Shown one piece after another: positions 1 through 9,556 of a DNA stretch of 64,000 bases. The DNA lies in NCBI GenBank assembly GCA_021513695.1, contig CP084166.1, forward strand, positions 576,001 through 640,000. The letters run 5' to 3'. Below the pieces are notes generated by a model that searched no databases, had not been told where the DNA came from, and was given only the letters and a program-made list of their open reading frames with translations. Positions within the stretch are counted from its first letter, which is position 1. Every line of letters starts with the position of its first letter. A program made the translations under genes and the position numbers. Source of the DNA: Candidatus Heimdallarchaeum aukensis (GTDB lineage Archaea > Asgardarchaeota > Heimdallarchaeia > Heimdallarchaeales > Heimdallarchaeaceae).

Positions 1-41
1 CTAAGTATGGAATCTCACCACCATAAGGAGAGAAAAAAAGT

Positions 42-1466
42 ATGAAACTAAATAAAAAAGTGTTGACTATAATATTGTGCACAATCATCTTACTGTTAGT
101 AGGTACTTCAAATACAACTAGAGCAGTTCATCAAGAAAAGAACAGATTCGCACATACATTACACACCAATATTAGTTTAATCACTCCAATTAATATCACC
201 TCTGATGAAGATTTCTCTAAGTATGCATATGATGGTTCAGGAAGAGAAGAGGATCCATATATAATTGAGGGATATGAAATAACAGGGCAGGATGTTACAG
301 GGATATACATAGCGAATACTACGAAATATTTCATCATACGTGACTGTGTTATTGAAGGTACTAGTCAAGGAATTCATATTGTAAATGTGTCGGATGGGAC
401 AGCATTAATCACAAATAATATTTGTAAAAATATAGTAAACCAAGGTATAATCGTTGAAAACACTAATTATGCGATATTACATAACAATACTTGTAGTGAA
501 TCTAATATGTATGGCATCCATAGCCGATTCTCAGATTACCTTATATTGGAACAGAATACTTGTAATAAAAACGGAATGTGTGGAATTTTTGTAGATTACT
601 CAACTTCGACTGTGATTAGGAAGAATATTGTTATTGATAATGTGCTCTCAGGTATTATTGTACAAGATACAGTAAAAACTCTCATCTCCCAGAATTATTG
701 TTTTGATAATGATGGCATGGGTGGAATAGTGCTCTCAAGATCTCTAAATGCGACAATTATAAACAATATTTGTGTTGATGACTTTCAAGTTCAAGATGGT
801 ATTAATCTTTACAATTCAGATGGTTTTATTATAAAAAATAATACCATTTCCTATGGCAGGTATGGAATATTTGTATCTGAATCTTCACACGGGGTATATA
901 CTAATAATACTTGTATAGAAAATAGCAAATATGCTGTTTATATAAAATATGGATACAACATTTCTATCAATGAAAACAACTGCAGCGCTAATGAGCAAGG
1001 AATAAATCTTTACAACTCTTCAACAATTTATATCCACAATAATAGTATAAGTAAAAACACTATTGGACTGACTTTTGATCTCACGAATCATTCAATCATC
1101 ACTTTTAATTCATTTGAGGAGAATGAACAATATGCAATAATTATAGATTCTTCATCTTCTTCTAATCTCATCCACCATAATACGTTTGTTGACAACAACT
1201 TGCAAGGAACATCTCAAGCTTGTGACAATGGCAATAATAATACCTGGTATGACCAATCGACAAAAACTGGTAATTATTGGTCTGATAAAAAAGGAGGAAA
1301 ATATTACATAGATGGTAGTAGTAAATCGTATGATAAATATCCCCTAAAAAATCCCCCTCAACAATTTGCTGAAAAAACTTCTATTGATTTTTTCATCATT
1401 CTTATATCTTTTCTCTCTTCTACAGTTATTATGTCTTATGTCAAAAGAAACAAGTATGCTTTATGA
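42..1466 (+). CDS. Envelope protein with right-handed parallel beta-helix (NosD/PbH1-like) repeats
   Basis: 474-aa ORF. N-terminal hydrophobic signal/anchor (VLTIILCTIILLLVG). Many ~22-aa repeats with Asn/Cys ladders (NNICKN, NNTCSE, QNTCNKN, NNTISY, NNTCIEN, ENNCSAN). NTWYD..GNYWSD motif. C-terminal TM plus KRNK tail. Paralog of 54577..56934. Confidence 0.75.
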   Translation: MKLNKKVLTIILCTIILLLVGTSNTTRAVHQEKNRFAHTLHTNISLITPINITSDEDFSKYAYDGSGREEDPYIIEGYEITGQDVTGIYIANTTKYFIIRDCVIEGTSQGIHIVNVSDGTALITNNICKNIVNQGIIVENTNYAILHNNTCSESNMYGIHSRFSDYLILEQNTCNKNGMCGIFVDYSTSTVIRKNIVIDNVLSGIIVQDTVKTLISQNYCFDNDGMGGIVLSRSLNATIINNICVDDFQVQDGINLYNSDGFIIKNNTISYGRYGIFVSESSHGVYTNNTCIENSKYAVYIKYGYNISINENNCSANEQGINLYNSSTIYIHNNSISKNTIGLTFDLTNHSIITFNSFEENEQYAIIIDSSSSSNLIHHNTFVDNNLQGTSQACDNGNNNTWYDQSTKTGNYWSDKKGGKYYIDGSSKSYDKYPLKNPPQQFAEKTSIDFFIILISFLSSTVIMSYVKRNKYAL

Positions 1467-1727
1467 CAATTATGAGTGATTCGAATGTTAAGGTTATTAC
1501 CCAGATGTTAAATTCTAGTTAAGCTAGTTATTCAGCTAGTGCAGCTGCTTTAGGAAGCATTAAATCTTTGTTTATTGTTCTTCTTTTAGTTTTCTACTTT
1601 GGCTTAAAGTTTAAATATTCTATATGAATGAAAAAAATCAATTTTACTCTTGTAGGACTTGCAATCATTTTATCTGGATGCGATTAAGAATTTTTTAATA
1701 ATACATATGAATGTATATGTGATTAAG

Positions 1728-1937
1728 ATGGCTAAGAATATAGCAATCTCTGATGAACTCTACAAATTGCTGAAACGTTTAAAACGCCCTGGTGAAAGTT
1801 TTACTGATGTGATTTTAAGATCAATAAAACATTCTACCTCTATAATGGATATTACAGGTAAAAAAACAATACCCCTAGAAGAATGGGAAAAACTCAAGAA
1901 ATTATTTGAAATGAAAGAAATAGAGTTACAAGCGTAA
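1728..1937 (+). CDS. Small ribbon-helix-helix / VapB-type putative antitoxin with no cognate toxin nearby
   Basis: ATG at 1728 inside the 1659..1937 ORF gives MAKNIAISDELYKLLKRLKRPGESFTDVILRSI. This is the typical N-terminus of archaeal RHH antitoxin-like proteins. No PIN/VapC ORF follows. Confidence 0.55.
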   Translation: MAKNIAISDELYKLLKRLKRPGESFTDVILRSIKHSTSIMDITGKKTIPLEEWEKLKKLFEMKEIELQA

Positions 1938-2166
1938 AAGAGATTTGCTTGAGCAGACGATAAAAGATTTCAATTGGTTTATTATTAGCAATAATAACAA
2001 ATCCAATCGGAAATGAATCTGAAATTCCATTGGGAAAAAATTTTTCTTTAATAGAGACACCTATTTTTATTTTTGTTTTTGGACTTTTTTCAATTCTAAT
2101 TTATTTTCAGTAAAACAAAAATTATGTGGAACTGTTGCAAAATTAACATTGACATCAAAAGAATTA

Positions 2167-3501
2167 TTATTTTAGTAATAACTGTAAAGCTGAAATTTGT
2201 TTCTGTTTAGGGTCTATAGTCTTATTTTTAAAGAAAATCCCACTATTTAACATCTCTTCATAGATAATTACTCCCAATATGTGTTTATTTATTGTTTCTG
2301 TTTTTTCGAAACATTTGTCTACTATTGGTTTAATCTCTTTGTAAAGTTCATACTTTCTAATTTCATCAGAACTATAATTGTGAAAATAGTAATCAATAAA
2401 TTGTATTATAATTACTGCATTTTTTTGGTTTAACATTTGATTCTTTTCTAATTTTTCCATTAATCTTCGTTTCAATTGACCTAATTTTGCCTTTATTCGT
2501 TTAGTCTCAACAGTTGATGGAAATTTTATTTGATTTGAAATTTGAATACATTTCTTACTTTTAATTTCGAAGACAAAACAAGATTTAATTGGAGATTCAA
2601 GAAGTTTTGTAACAGAAATTTCTTTTAAGAATTTTTTACCTTTTTCTGATTTTTTTAGTTTATATAATGTGTTTAATAAACTCACTTTATCTGACGAAAA
2701 GTAATTTTCGCCAAAGATTCTTTCCATACTATTTAGATATTGATATAAGGATAAATTTTTAGAACCCATAAAATCTTCTTCAAATAATTCCCAAGAATTT
2801 TCCAAAATTAATAGAAGAAGTTTGTCTATTTCTTCTAATACTAGCTTAGTTATGTACTCTTTATCAAACTTATTTTTATAAATTATTTTTTCTAAATCAA
2901 CTTCTAAGCTGACAGAATAATTGAGAGGGATTTTTTGAATGGCTTTTCTACATATTTCATCAAAACTCTCTTCTAATATTTTATCAACCTTATTCTCATA
3001 AAGTGAAGTGACTTCTAAATTAAATTCAATATTTTGAATGAAAATTCGAAAATCATGATTGAAATCTGAAATATCTCCATAAATAATCTTTGATACATGT
3101 TTATTTTTTAATAATTGGATATAAAGTTGGAACTCAATATATTTACTAAAGTTATTATTTCTAGTAAAACTCCTCATTTTTGATATTATTTTCTTCTGAA
3201 TTCTGCTACTTCTTTCAAACAGATTTATTTCTTTTGTAAGAAGATTTTCTATTTCGTCTAGAATATATTTATACTTTGAAGAATTACGAGTATTTTTATT
3301 TGATAAGGTCTTATTTTCAGTATAAGCTAAATTAGCTATGTTAAAAAAAATATTATGATTATAATGTTTTATAGGTACATCAACATCAGAAAAAACTCTA
3401 TCCAAACTTGGATATTTTATTATCACATCTTTTGCCTTTGTAATAAATTCATTTCGATATAACTTATCATTTTTTTTACCGCAATATGAAGAAACAACCA
3501 T
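2167..3501 (-). CDS. Hypothetical protein (444 aa), no domain recognised
   Basis: Long uninterrupted ORF, co-directional with and downstream of hsdR. K/N/I/E-rich. No catalytic motif could be assigned. Confidence 0.5.
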   Translation of the reverse strand: MVVSSYCGKKNDKLYRNEFITKAKDVIIKYPSLDRVFSDVDVPIKHYNHNIFFNIANLAYTENKTLSNKNTRNSSKYKYILDEIENLLTKEINLFERSSRIQKKIISKMRSFTRNNNFSKYIEFQLYIQLLKNKHVSKIIYGDISDFNHDFRIFIQNIEFNLEVTSLYENKVDKILEESFDEICRKAIQKIPLNYSVSLEVDLEKIIYKNKFDKEYITKLVLEEIDKLLLLILENSWELFEEDFMGSKNLSLYQYLNSMERIFGENYFSSDKVSLLNTLYKLKKSEKGKKFLKEISVTKLLESPIKSCFVFEIKSKKCIQISNQIKFPSTVETKRIKAKLGQLKRRLMEKLEKNQMLNQKNAVIIIQFIDYYFHNYSSDEIRKYELYKEIKPIVDKCFEKTETINKHILGVIIYEEMLNSGIFFKNKTIDPKQKQISALQLLLK

Positions 3502-3645
3502 ATAACCACTTTATACATCTATTTTCTTGATAACTACTGTTTAAAACTTTACTAAAAATGTTTCAAAAGTTTCATGTAGTTATTAAATACTGAAATTTTA
3601 TTTTTTTGAATTTATTAGAAAAAATGAATATGTAAGAGAAATTAT

Positions 3646-4056
3646 TTATTTTCTATTGTATTTTTCTGTTAGCATTCTTTTTAACCACAAATTTAGGAAT
3701 GAATTTAGTGAATCTCTACTTTCAGTATCTACCATGCTTTTTGATGGATAAACAACACTAAACAAATACTGATCTTTATAAGATAAAACTTCTGCAATTT
3801 TTTTTAATGAATCTATACGAATTACTACCTCTGGGTCAGGAACCAAATCATCATTTTGTAAAAAATAGTGACCCATTGATAGTATCATCTCGCTTTCATC
3901 ACGAGATAAAATACTAATATGTAACTCCATCAAATTTCCAGAATACAAAATTAGTTTTTCTTCAATTTCTTCAACATTTGGAATTAATTTCATCAAGAGG
4001 TCATAGTTTTTATGAAAGATAGTTTCAATTGTTGTAATTATCTGTTTATCTGACAC
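3646..4056 (-). CDS. Small protein resembling the DUF1249 (YqiB-like) family
   Basis: 136 aa. From memory it parallels YqiB: NYDLLMKLIP, a central VVIRID...IAEV segment and C-terminal LNSFLNLWLKRML. Lies 60 nt downstream of hsdR on the same strand. Confidence 0.4.
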   Translation of the reverse strand: MSDKQIITTIETIFHKNYDLLMKLIPNVEEIEEKLILYSGNLMELHISILSRDESEMILSMGHYFLQNDDLVPDPEVVIRIDSLKKIAEVLSYKDQYLFSVVYPSKSMVDTESRDSLNSFLNLWLKRMLTEKYNRK

Positions 4057-4116
4057 AATAATAATAATTAAGATTAGTTTAAAAATACCAAAAATAAATT
4101 ATGAACGCATGAGATA

Positions 4117-7100
4117 TTACACCGCTGTTGCCCACTCTTCACCAAACAACTGTGCTTGCTCCATTATTAATTTAATCGCATTAGGAGTTTGATCTGGTGG
4201 ATATTTATACTTTCGCAATAGTTTACGAATCTCAATACGCATGCGAGCTTGAACACTTTTTCTTACTGTGAAATCAATTGTAGCAGAATTTCGAACCTTA
4301 GCAACTAACTCTTTTGCTATTTTCTTTAATGTTTCATCACCCATTTCTCTTACAGCACTTTCATTTGTAGCTAAAGCATCATAAAAAGCAACTTCATCAT
4401 CATTTAATCCAAGTTCTTCTCCCTTTTTGAAAGCTTTTTGCATATCTTTCGCTAATTGAATCAATTCCTCTAAAATTGCAGCAGAAGCTATTGTACGATT
4501 GATATATTTGTTAATAGATTTCTGAAGTAATTCCTCAAAAGAACGAGATTGAACTAAATTCTTTTTAGCTCTAGAACGAATTTGATCCTTCAACAATTTA
4601 TTTAAAACCTCAACAGCTAAATTCTTTTGTTTTAATCCTCTAACTTCTTCAAGAAATTTATCAGAAAGAATAGAAATTTCTGGTTTATCCAATCCTGCTG
4701 CAGAAAAAATGTCTATAACATCTTCTGAAATAACAGCTCTAGAGATTAATTGTCTAATTGCATAATCAACTCTTTCTTTACGTTCTTTGGAAGGAGTAGT
4801 AGCTTTTACAAAACCAGCACGTACAGCTTGGAAAAAAGCTAAATCATCTCGAATAGCTAAAGCTTCTTCATGAGGAATAGCAAGAGAAAAGGCTTTATTT
4901 AGTGCTGAAAGGTTATCTAAAAACCTTTTTTTAGCACTTTCTGGAGTTTCATTAGGTAAATTAAGAATATGTTCCATAGCAGCAGGAAGTAATTGTAATC
5001 TTTGTAAAGCACTTCCTGTTTTAAACAAAGAATAATCAAAATTGTAAAACATATCTGAAACAATTTCATAATATGTTTTCATTAATTCTACAGCTTTTTC
5101 TTGAGGAATAGCTGTTTGTTCTCTTGACTCTACATTAGAATACCTAGATAATGCTTGCTTAAGAAAATAACCTATACCAATATAATCGACAATAAGACCT
5201 CCAGGTTTATCTTTATATACTCTATTTACTCTAGCTATCGCTTGCATTAAATTGTGTCCTTGCATTGGCTTATCTACATACATTGTATGCATACTAGGCA
5301 CATTAAAACCTGTTAACCACATATCTCTTACAATAACAAGTTTAAGTTCGTCCTCAGGATCTTTCATTCGATTTTCAATAATTTTTCTTTTTCTTTTAGG
5401 CCTAATGTGTGAACGCAATAATTGATCATCAGCAGCAGAACCGCTAATTACAACTTTAATGAAACCTTTTTGATCATCATTAGAATGCCACTCAGGCCTT
5501 AGTTTTATTATTTCATTATACAATAAAGCACAAATCCTGCGAGACATACAAACAATCATACCCTTTCCATCTATAATCTCAAGTCTTTTTTCAAAATGAT
5601 TTACAATATCCTCAGCTACTTCACGTAACCTATCGGGATCAGAAACAAGCCTTTCGACTCTTGACCACTTAGATTTCAATTTTTCTCGAGCATATTCTTC
5701 TTCATCTTCTGTGATTTCATCAAATTCTTCATCGATTTGACCCTTCAATTCTTCATTAAACTTAATTTTAACTAACCTTGATTCATAATAAATAGGAACA
5801 GTAGTTTTATCTCTTATTGCTTGTGAAATATCATAAATGCTAATATAATTACCAAAAACATGAATCGTATTTCTGTCGACAAGTTCTACAGGAGTAGCAG
5901 TAAAAGCAATAAAAGAAGCATTAGGCAGAGCTTGACGAATATAAGCAGCAAAACCTTCTTTTAATGAACCTTTTTCAGAAAGTTTTTTTCCAAAAGAATA
6001 ATGACTTCTATGAGCCTCATCAGCAATAACAATGATATTCCTCCTCTCAGATAAAAGAGGATATTGTGCATTCTCTTCAGGAAGAAATTTTTGTATTGTA
6101 GTGAAAATTACACCACCACCGGTTGTTTTAAGCAAATCCTCAATATTATCTTTTGTCGCTTCATGATTTTTTGGATTGTACCTCCTTGCTGTGGCTTGAA
6201 TAGAAGTTTGACGAAGAAGATCCCTTGATAAAGTAAAAGTTGTAAAAAGTTGGTCATCTAAATCGTTTCTATCAGTAATAACAACGACAGTAGGATTGTT
6301 AAGTAGCTGGATTAACTTTGCGGTATAAAATAACATTGTAAGACTCTTACCAGAACCTTGAGTATGCCAAACAACACCAATCTTTTGATCACCATCACTT
6401 CCAGTAGCTCGTAAAGTTTCCTTAATAGCACGATTAACAGCATGATATTGATGATAAGCAGCAGATTTCTTGACTATTGTTCTACCATCGTCTTCAAAAG
6501 TAATAAAAAATCTGATGTAATCTAAAAAACGAGAAGGTTCTAAAATACCACGAAATAAAACTTCAAGAGATAAGATTGATTGGTCAGCTAATATCTCTCC
6601 CTCAATAGTGCGCCAGGGAGTAAAACGCTCCCAATTAGCAGATAAACTGCCAGCTTTAGATTCATAACCATCACTAATAACAATTAACTCATTAGTCCTA
6701 AATAAAGAAGGAATTTCTTTTTTATAAGTCTGAATTTGATTATAAGCATCTCTTGTAGTCGTTTCTTCTTTAGATGGGTTCTTAAGCTCAATAACTACTA
6801 AAGGAATACCATTAACAAAGAGAACAATATCAGGTCGGTGATTGTGTTTGTCAGAACCAACACCTTCTATAACAGTAAATTGATTTACAGCTAAAAAATC
6901 ATTATTCTCAGGATTCTCAAAATCAATAACTCGTACTATATCTCCCTTTACACGACCATCATGGTAATAAGAGACTTCTACACCATCAACTAACATTCTA
7001 TGAAAAGAACGATTGTTTGTTAATAAATCAGGAGAATCAATACGGTTGAGTTTCTGCAAAACATCTTCAAGCACTTCTTTAGGTTTATCAGGATTAAGTT

Positions 7101-7272
7101 TATGTAAAGCTGATTTTAGTCTATCTTTAAGAATAATCTCACTATATGATAACCTTTCAGGATTATTTCCTGTTGGTGCAATATCTGGACCAAACTTGGT
7201 ATCATAACCTAATTCTCTTAAAATTTCCATAGATGCTTCTTCTAACTCTTTTTCAGTTATTTTCATAATCAA
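4117..7272 (-). CDS. hsdR: Type I restriction enzyme, R (endonuclease/translocase) subunit
   Basis: 1051 aa. N-terminal PD-(D/E)xK nuclease motif (PDIVLFVNGIPLVVIELKN). Helicase motif I (TQGSGKSLT) and motif II (IADEAHRSH). Long helical C-terminal region typical of HsdR. Confidence 0.95.
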   Translation of the reverse strand: MIMKITEKELEEASMEILRELGYDTKFGPDIAPTGNNPERLSYSEIILKDRLKSALHKLNPDKPKEVLEDVLQKLNRIDSPDLLTNNRSFHRMLVDGVEVSYYHDGRVKGDIVRVIDFENPENNDFLAVNQFTVIEGVGSDKHNHRPDIVLFVNGIPLVVIELKNPSKEETTTRDAYNQIQTYKKEIPSLFRTNELIVISDGYESKAGSLSANWERFTPWRTIEGEILADQSILSLEVLFRGILEPSRFLDYIRFFITFEDDGRTIVKKSAAYHQYHAVNRAIKETLRATGSDGDQKIGVVWHTQGSGKSLTMLFYTAKLIQLLNNPTVVVITDRNDLDDQLFTTFTLSRDLLRQTSIQATARRYNPKNHEATKDNIEDLLKTTGGGVIFTTIQKFLPEENAQYPLLSERRNIIVIADEAHRSHYSFGKKLSEKGSLKEGFAAYIRQALPNASFIAFTATPVELVDRNTIHVFGNYISIYDISQAIRDKTTVPIYYESRLVKIKFNEELKGQIDEEFDEITEDEEEYAREKLKSKWSRVERLVSDPDRLREVAEDIVNHFEKRLEIIDGKGMIVCMSRRICALLYNEIIKLRPEWHSNDDQKGFIKVVISGSAADDQLLRSHIRPKRKRKIIENRMKDPEDELKLVIVRDMWLTGFNVPSMHTMYVDKPMQGHNLMQAIARVNRVYKDKPGGLIVDYIGIGYFLKQALSRYSNVESREQTAIPQEKAVELMKTYYEIVSDMFYNFDYSLFKTGSALQRLQLLPAAMEHILNLPNETPESAKKRFLDNLSALNKAFSLAIPHEEALAIRDDLAFFQAVRAGFVKATTPSKERKERVDYAIRQLISRAVISEDVIDIFSAAGLDKPEISILSDKFLEEVRGLKQKNLAVEVLNKLLKDQIRSRAKKNLVQSRSFEELLQKSINKYINRTIASAAILEELIQLAKDMQKAFKKGEELGLNDDEVAFYDALATNESAVREMGDETLKKIAKELVAKVRNSATIDFTVRKSVQARMRIEIRKLLRKYKYPPDQTPNAIKLIMEQAQLFGEEWATAV

Positions 7273-8092
7273 TTTCCGCCAAAAATTTTTCTATATTAGT
7301 AATTCGAAGCCTACCTGAGATAAGTTGAGGAAGTAGAATATCTCTTAATTTAATTAAAATATTAATTTCATCCTTATTTTTTCTAATTTTTTCAAAGATT
7401 GGGTCAATTATTTCTCTAAACTTTAGTAAAGTAGTCTTATCAGGTTTTATAATCGGAATCCTAAAAAGGTTACTTTGATTAATTTTTAATTGTACTGCAC
7501 CAGTTATATAAGGTCTAATGTTTATATTCATGAGATGTAACATAACAAATTCTGTACAAAATTCATTTTTTCCTTGTATTACATGAACATGATTATTCGC
7601 CCAAAATTTTCCATGTACATATTGTAAGATGGGTTTTTCATTGTTATCAATAACTGAACCATCTTCTGCCATTAAGAGAAAAATGCCATCAAAAATGTAA
7701 TCATCAATATAGTCTAAAATACTAGCTGCCCCATAATATGGATAAATACCTTTTCTTACCTTTCTTTCTATTTTTGATAAAGGAATTCTTTTTGAATCAT
7801 ATATACTTATGACTTCTTTGAGCGTCCCAACTTCCCATCCTTTTGGTATTTCTTTATCTACTTCCTCATTATATTCAAATTCGCCATCTTTGAAAGGTTC
7901 AAAATCAATAAACCAAGATCTGAAGATAGTTTGGGCTATCTCTTCTAAAACTTTGTTCATCTTCTGATTGAGTTCAATTTTTTGATCTATAGAGCTTAAT
8001 AATTTACTAATAAATTTTTGTATTCTTAAATTAGGTATAGGAAGTGGGATATTTTCAATAATTGAGGTATTTAAGGAAGGTCTAGTAGTACC
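7253..8092 (-). pseudogene. hsdS: 5'-truncated type I R-M specificity subunit (central conserved region + TRD2 + C-terminal conserved region only)
   Basis: The listed ORF 7253..7960 begins in the central conserved region (FRSWFIDFEPF). I translated upstream and the frame stays open to 8092 (GTTRPSLNTSIIENIPLPIPNLRIQKFISKLLSSIDQKIELNQK). It stops exactly at the IS left inverted repeat. Overlaps the hsdR start by 20 nt. Confidence 0.8.
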
Positions 8093-8855
8093 GGTAGTGT
8101 CTAGTTTTCTTCCGACAAAAATATTTGTGGGGACTCTAATAGTAAGATATGAACATTCAAAAACTATCTACTCTTTTTAAGAGATGCAGAGTCCCCAAAA
8201 AAATAATAATAAAAGCTATTTATGAATATATTGGTTCAAAGAATGGGTTGAGGACAGTAGCATGGAAGAATGGTTTAACGCATCAAACATTATGGTATTG
8301 GGTAAAGAAGTTCAGGCTCTTTAGGGAAAGTTTACATAGAGTTGTAGCAGAGAGAGGGGGAATACCAGAGATTATAGTAGTAGATGAAACAGAGATTAGG
8401 ACCTCTCAAGGCTCAATATATCTGTGGTTCGCGTTAGATCCTTACAACAAGACTTTACTGGGTTTTAGTATTACTAAAGGACGGAGTAATCTTGAATGTT
8501 TACTAACTTTCCGTTATTGGCTCAAATGTTGGGGTTTTAAGCCTCGTATTGTCGTTACAGATGCAGGAGTATGGTATCCTGTCTTACTTCGTCTAGGTAT
8601 CAAAATCTCCGTTATCAAAGGTGGTTTACGCTCCTATATTGAACGTTTTAATGCTACTCTTAAGAGTTATCGTTGGTTTCATTCTATTCTCCACTGCACT
8701 TGTCCTATCCGTGCCGTCTATGGCTCTACTCATCTTTCTGGTTTTCTTACTCTCTTTATGCTCTATTATAATTTCGTTCGTCCTCATCAGAGCTTAGGAC
8801 ATCCTCCCCTTAGTTCCTTTTTACCTAGGAGGTGGTATAAAAACTAGACACTACC
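8093..8855 (+). mobile_element. IS6-family-like insertion sequence (763 bp)
   Basis: Perfect 16-bp terminal inverted repeats, GGTAGTGTCTAGTTTT at 8093-8108 and its reverse complement at 8840-8855. Single transposase ORF. Size, GG-starting IRs and DDE layout fit IS6. Flanks (GTAGTACC / AGTCAAAA) show no target-site duplication. Confidence 0.8.
8149..8847 (+). CDS. DDE transposase (IS6-like) with N-terminal HTH
   Basis: 232 aa. Candidate DDE triad in VVDETEI, VVTDAGVWY and YIERFNATLK. The stop codon lies inside the right IR. Confidence 0.8.
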   Translation: MNIQKLSTLFKRCRVPKKIIIKAIYEYIGSKNGLRTVAWKNGLTHQTLWYWVKKFRLFRESLHRVVAERGGIPEIIVVDETEIRTSQGSIYLWFALDPYNKTLLGFSITKGRSNLECLLTFRYWLKCWGFKPRIVVTDAGVWYPVLLRLGIKISVIKGGLRSYIERFNATLKSYRWFHSILHCTCPIRAVYGSTHLSGFLTLFMLYYNFVRPHQSLGHPPLSSFLPRRWYKN

Positions 8856-9122
8856 AGTCAAAAATAGAAAAAAAATATAAAAGGCTTTTCTAAATAACAA
8901 CATTAGTTAAAGTATGTGGATTCTTACTAACAACCTTTGAATATAATTCATTTTTTATTTTTTGAATTATCTTCGCTCTATATTCCTCTTCTTTTTTGAA
9001 TCTAAATTAAACAATATAATTTTGTTCAACAGATAATTTTATATTGGGTTATAACCCATTACCGCCCAGAAGTCTAAAAAATAAAATAAGAGGCGATAAA
9101 AATAGGATATGGATCAGGAAGA

Positions 9123-9524
9123 ATGCGTGGTGGAGGAAGAGGAAGAGGAGGAGGATTTGGATTAGGAGCAGGAGGAGCATGTATTTGTCCAGTGTGTGGT
9201 ACAAAAGCTGCTCATGCAAGAGGGGTACCTTGTTTTCAATCTCGATGCCCACAATGTGGAGCACCAATGACTAGAGCAGAAGCTTATGCCGGCCCCCAAC
9301 CACAGAATAGTAAAAACGTACAAGAAGAGAAAGAATACAAATTTGATACAGCAGCAAAACCGCATATAGACCAATCTAGATGTAAGGGGTGTGCTTTATG
9401 CATTAATAGTTGTCCTTTTAATGTTATTAGAATGGAAAATGGTCATGCAATTATTGATTCTTCACGCTGCAGAAGTTGCGGAGTATGTATTTCTTCTTGT
9501 CCTGAAGGGGCGATAGTTTATTAG
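9123..9524 (+). CDS. 2x[4Fe-4S] ferredoxin-domain protein with Gly/Arg-rich N-terminus and a 4-Cys zinc-ribbon-like segment
   Basis: MRGGGRGRGGGFGLGAGG, then CICPVCG..x..CPQCG, then CKGCALCINSCP and CRSCGVCISSCP. Locally purine/GC-rich start in an AT-rich genome. Confidence 0.7.
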   Translation: MRGGGRGRGGGFGLGAGGACICPVCGTKAAHARGVPCFQSRCPQCGAPMTRAEAYAGPQPQNSKNVQEEKEYKFDTAAKPHIDQSRCKGCALCINSCPFNVIRMENGHAIIDSSRCRSCGVCISSCPEGAIVY

Positions 9525-9556
9525 AAAATGTAAAAAAAAATTAAAAAATACTCTTT

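Noticed and set aside
9044-9374. Three overlapping ORFs (76, 72 and 70 aa) on both strands around the ferredoxin gene start
   Set aside because: They are artefacts of the GGA/AGA/GGT repeat that encodes the Gly/Arg-rich head. Only the 9123..9524 frame continues into recognisable Fe-S motifs.
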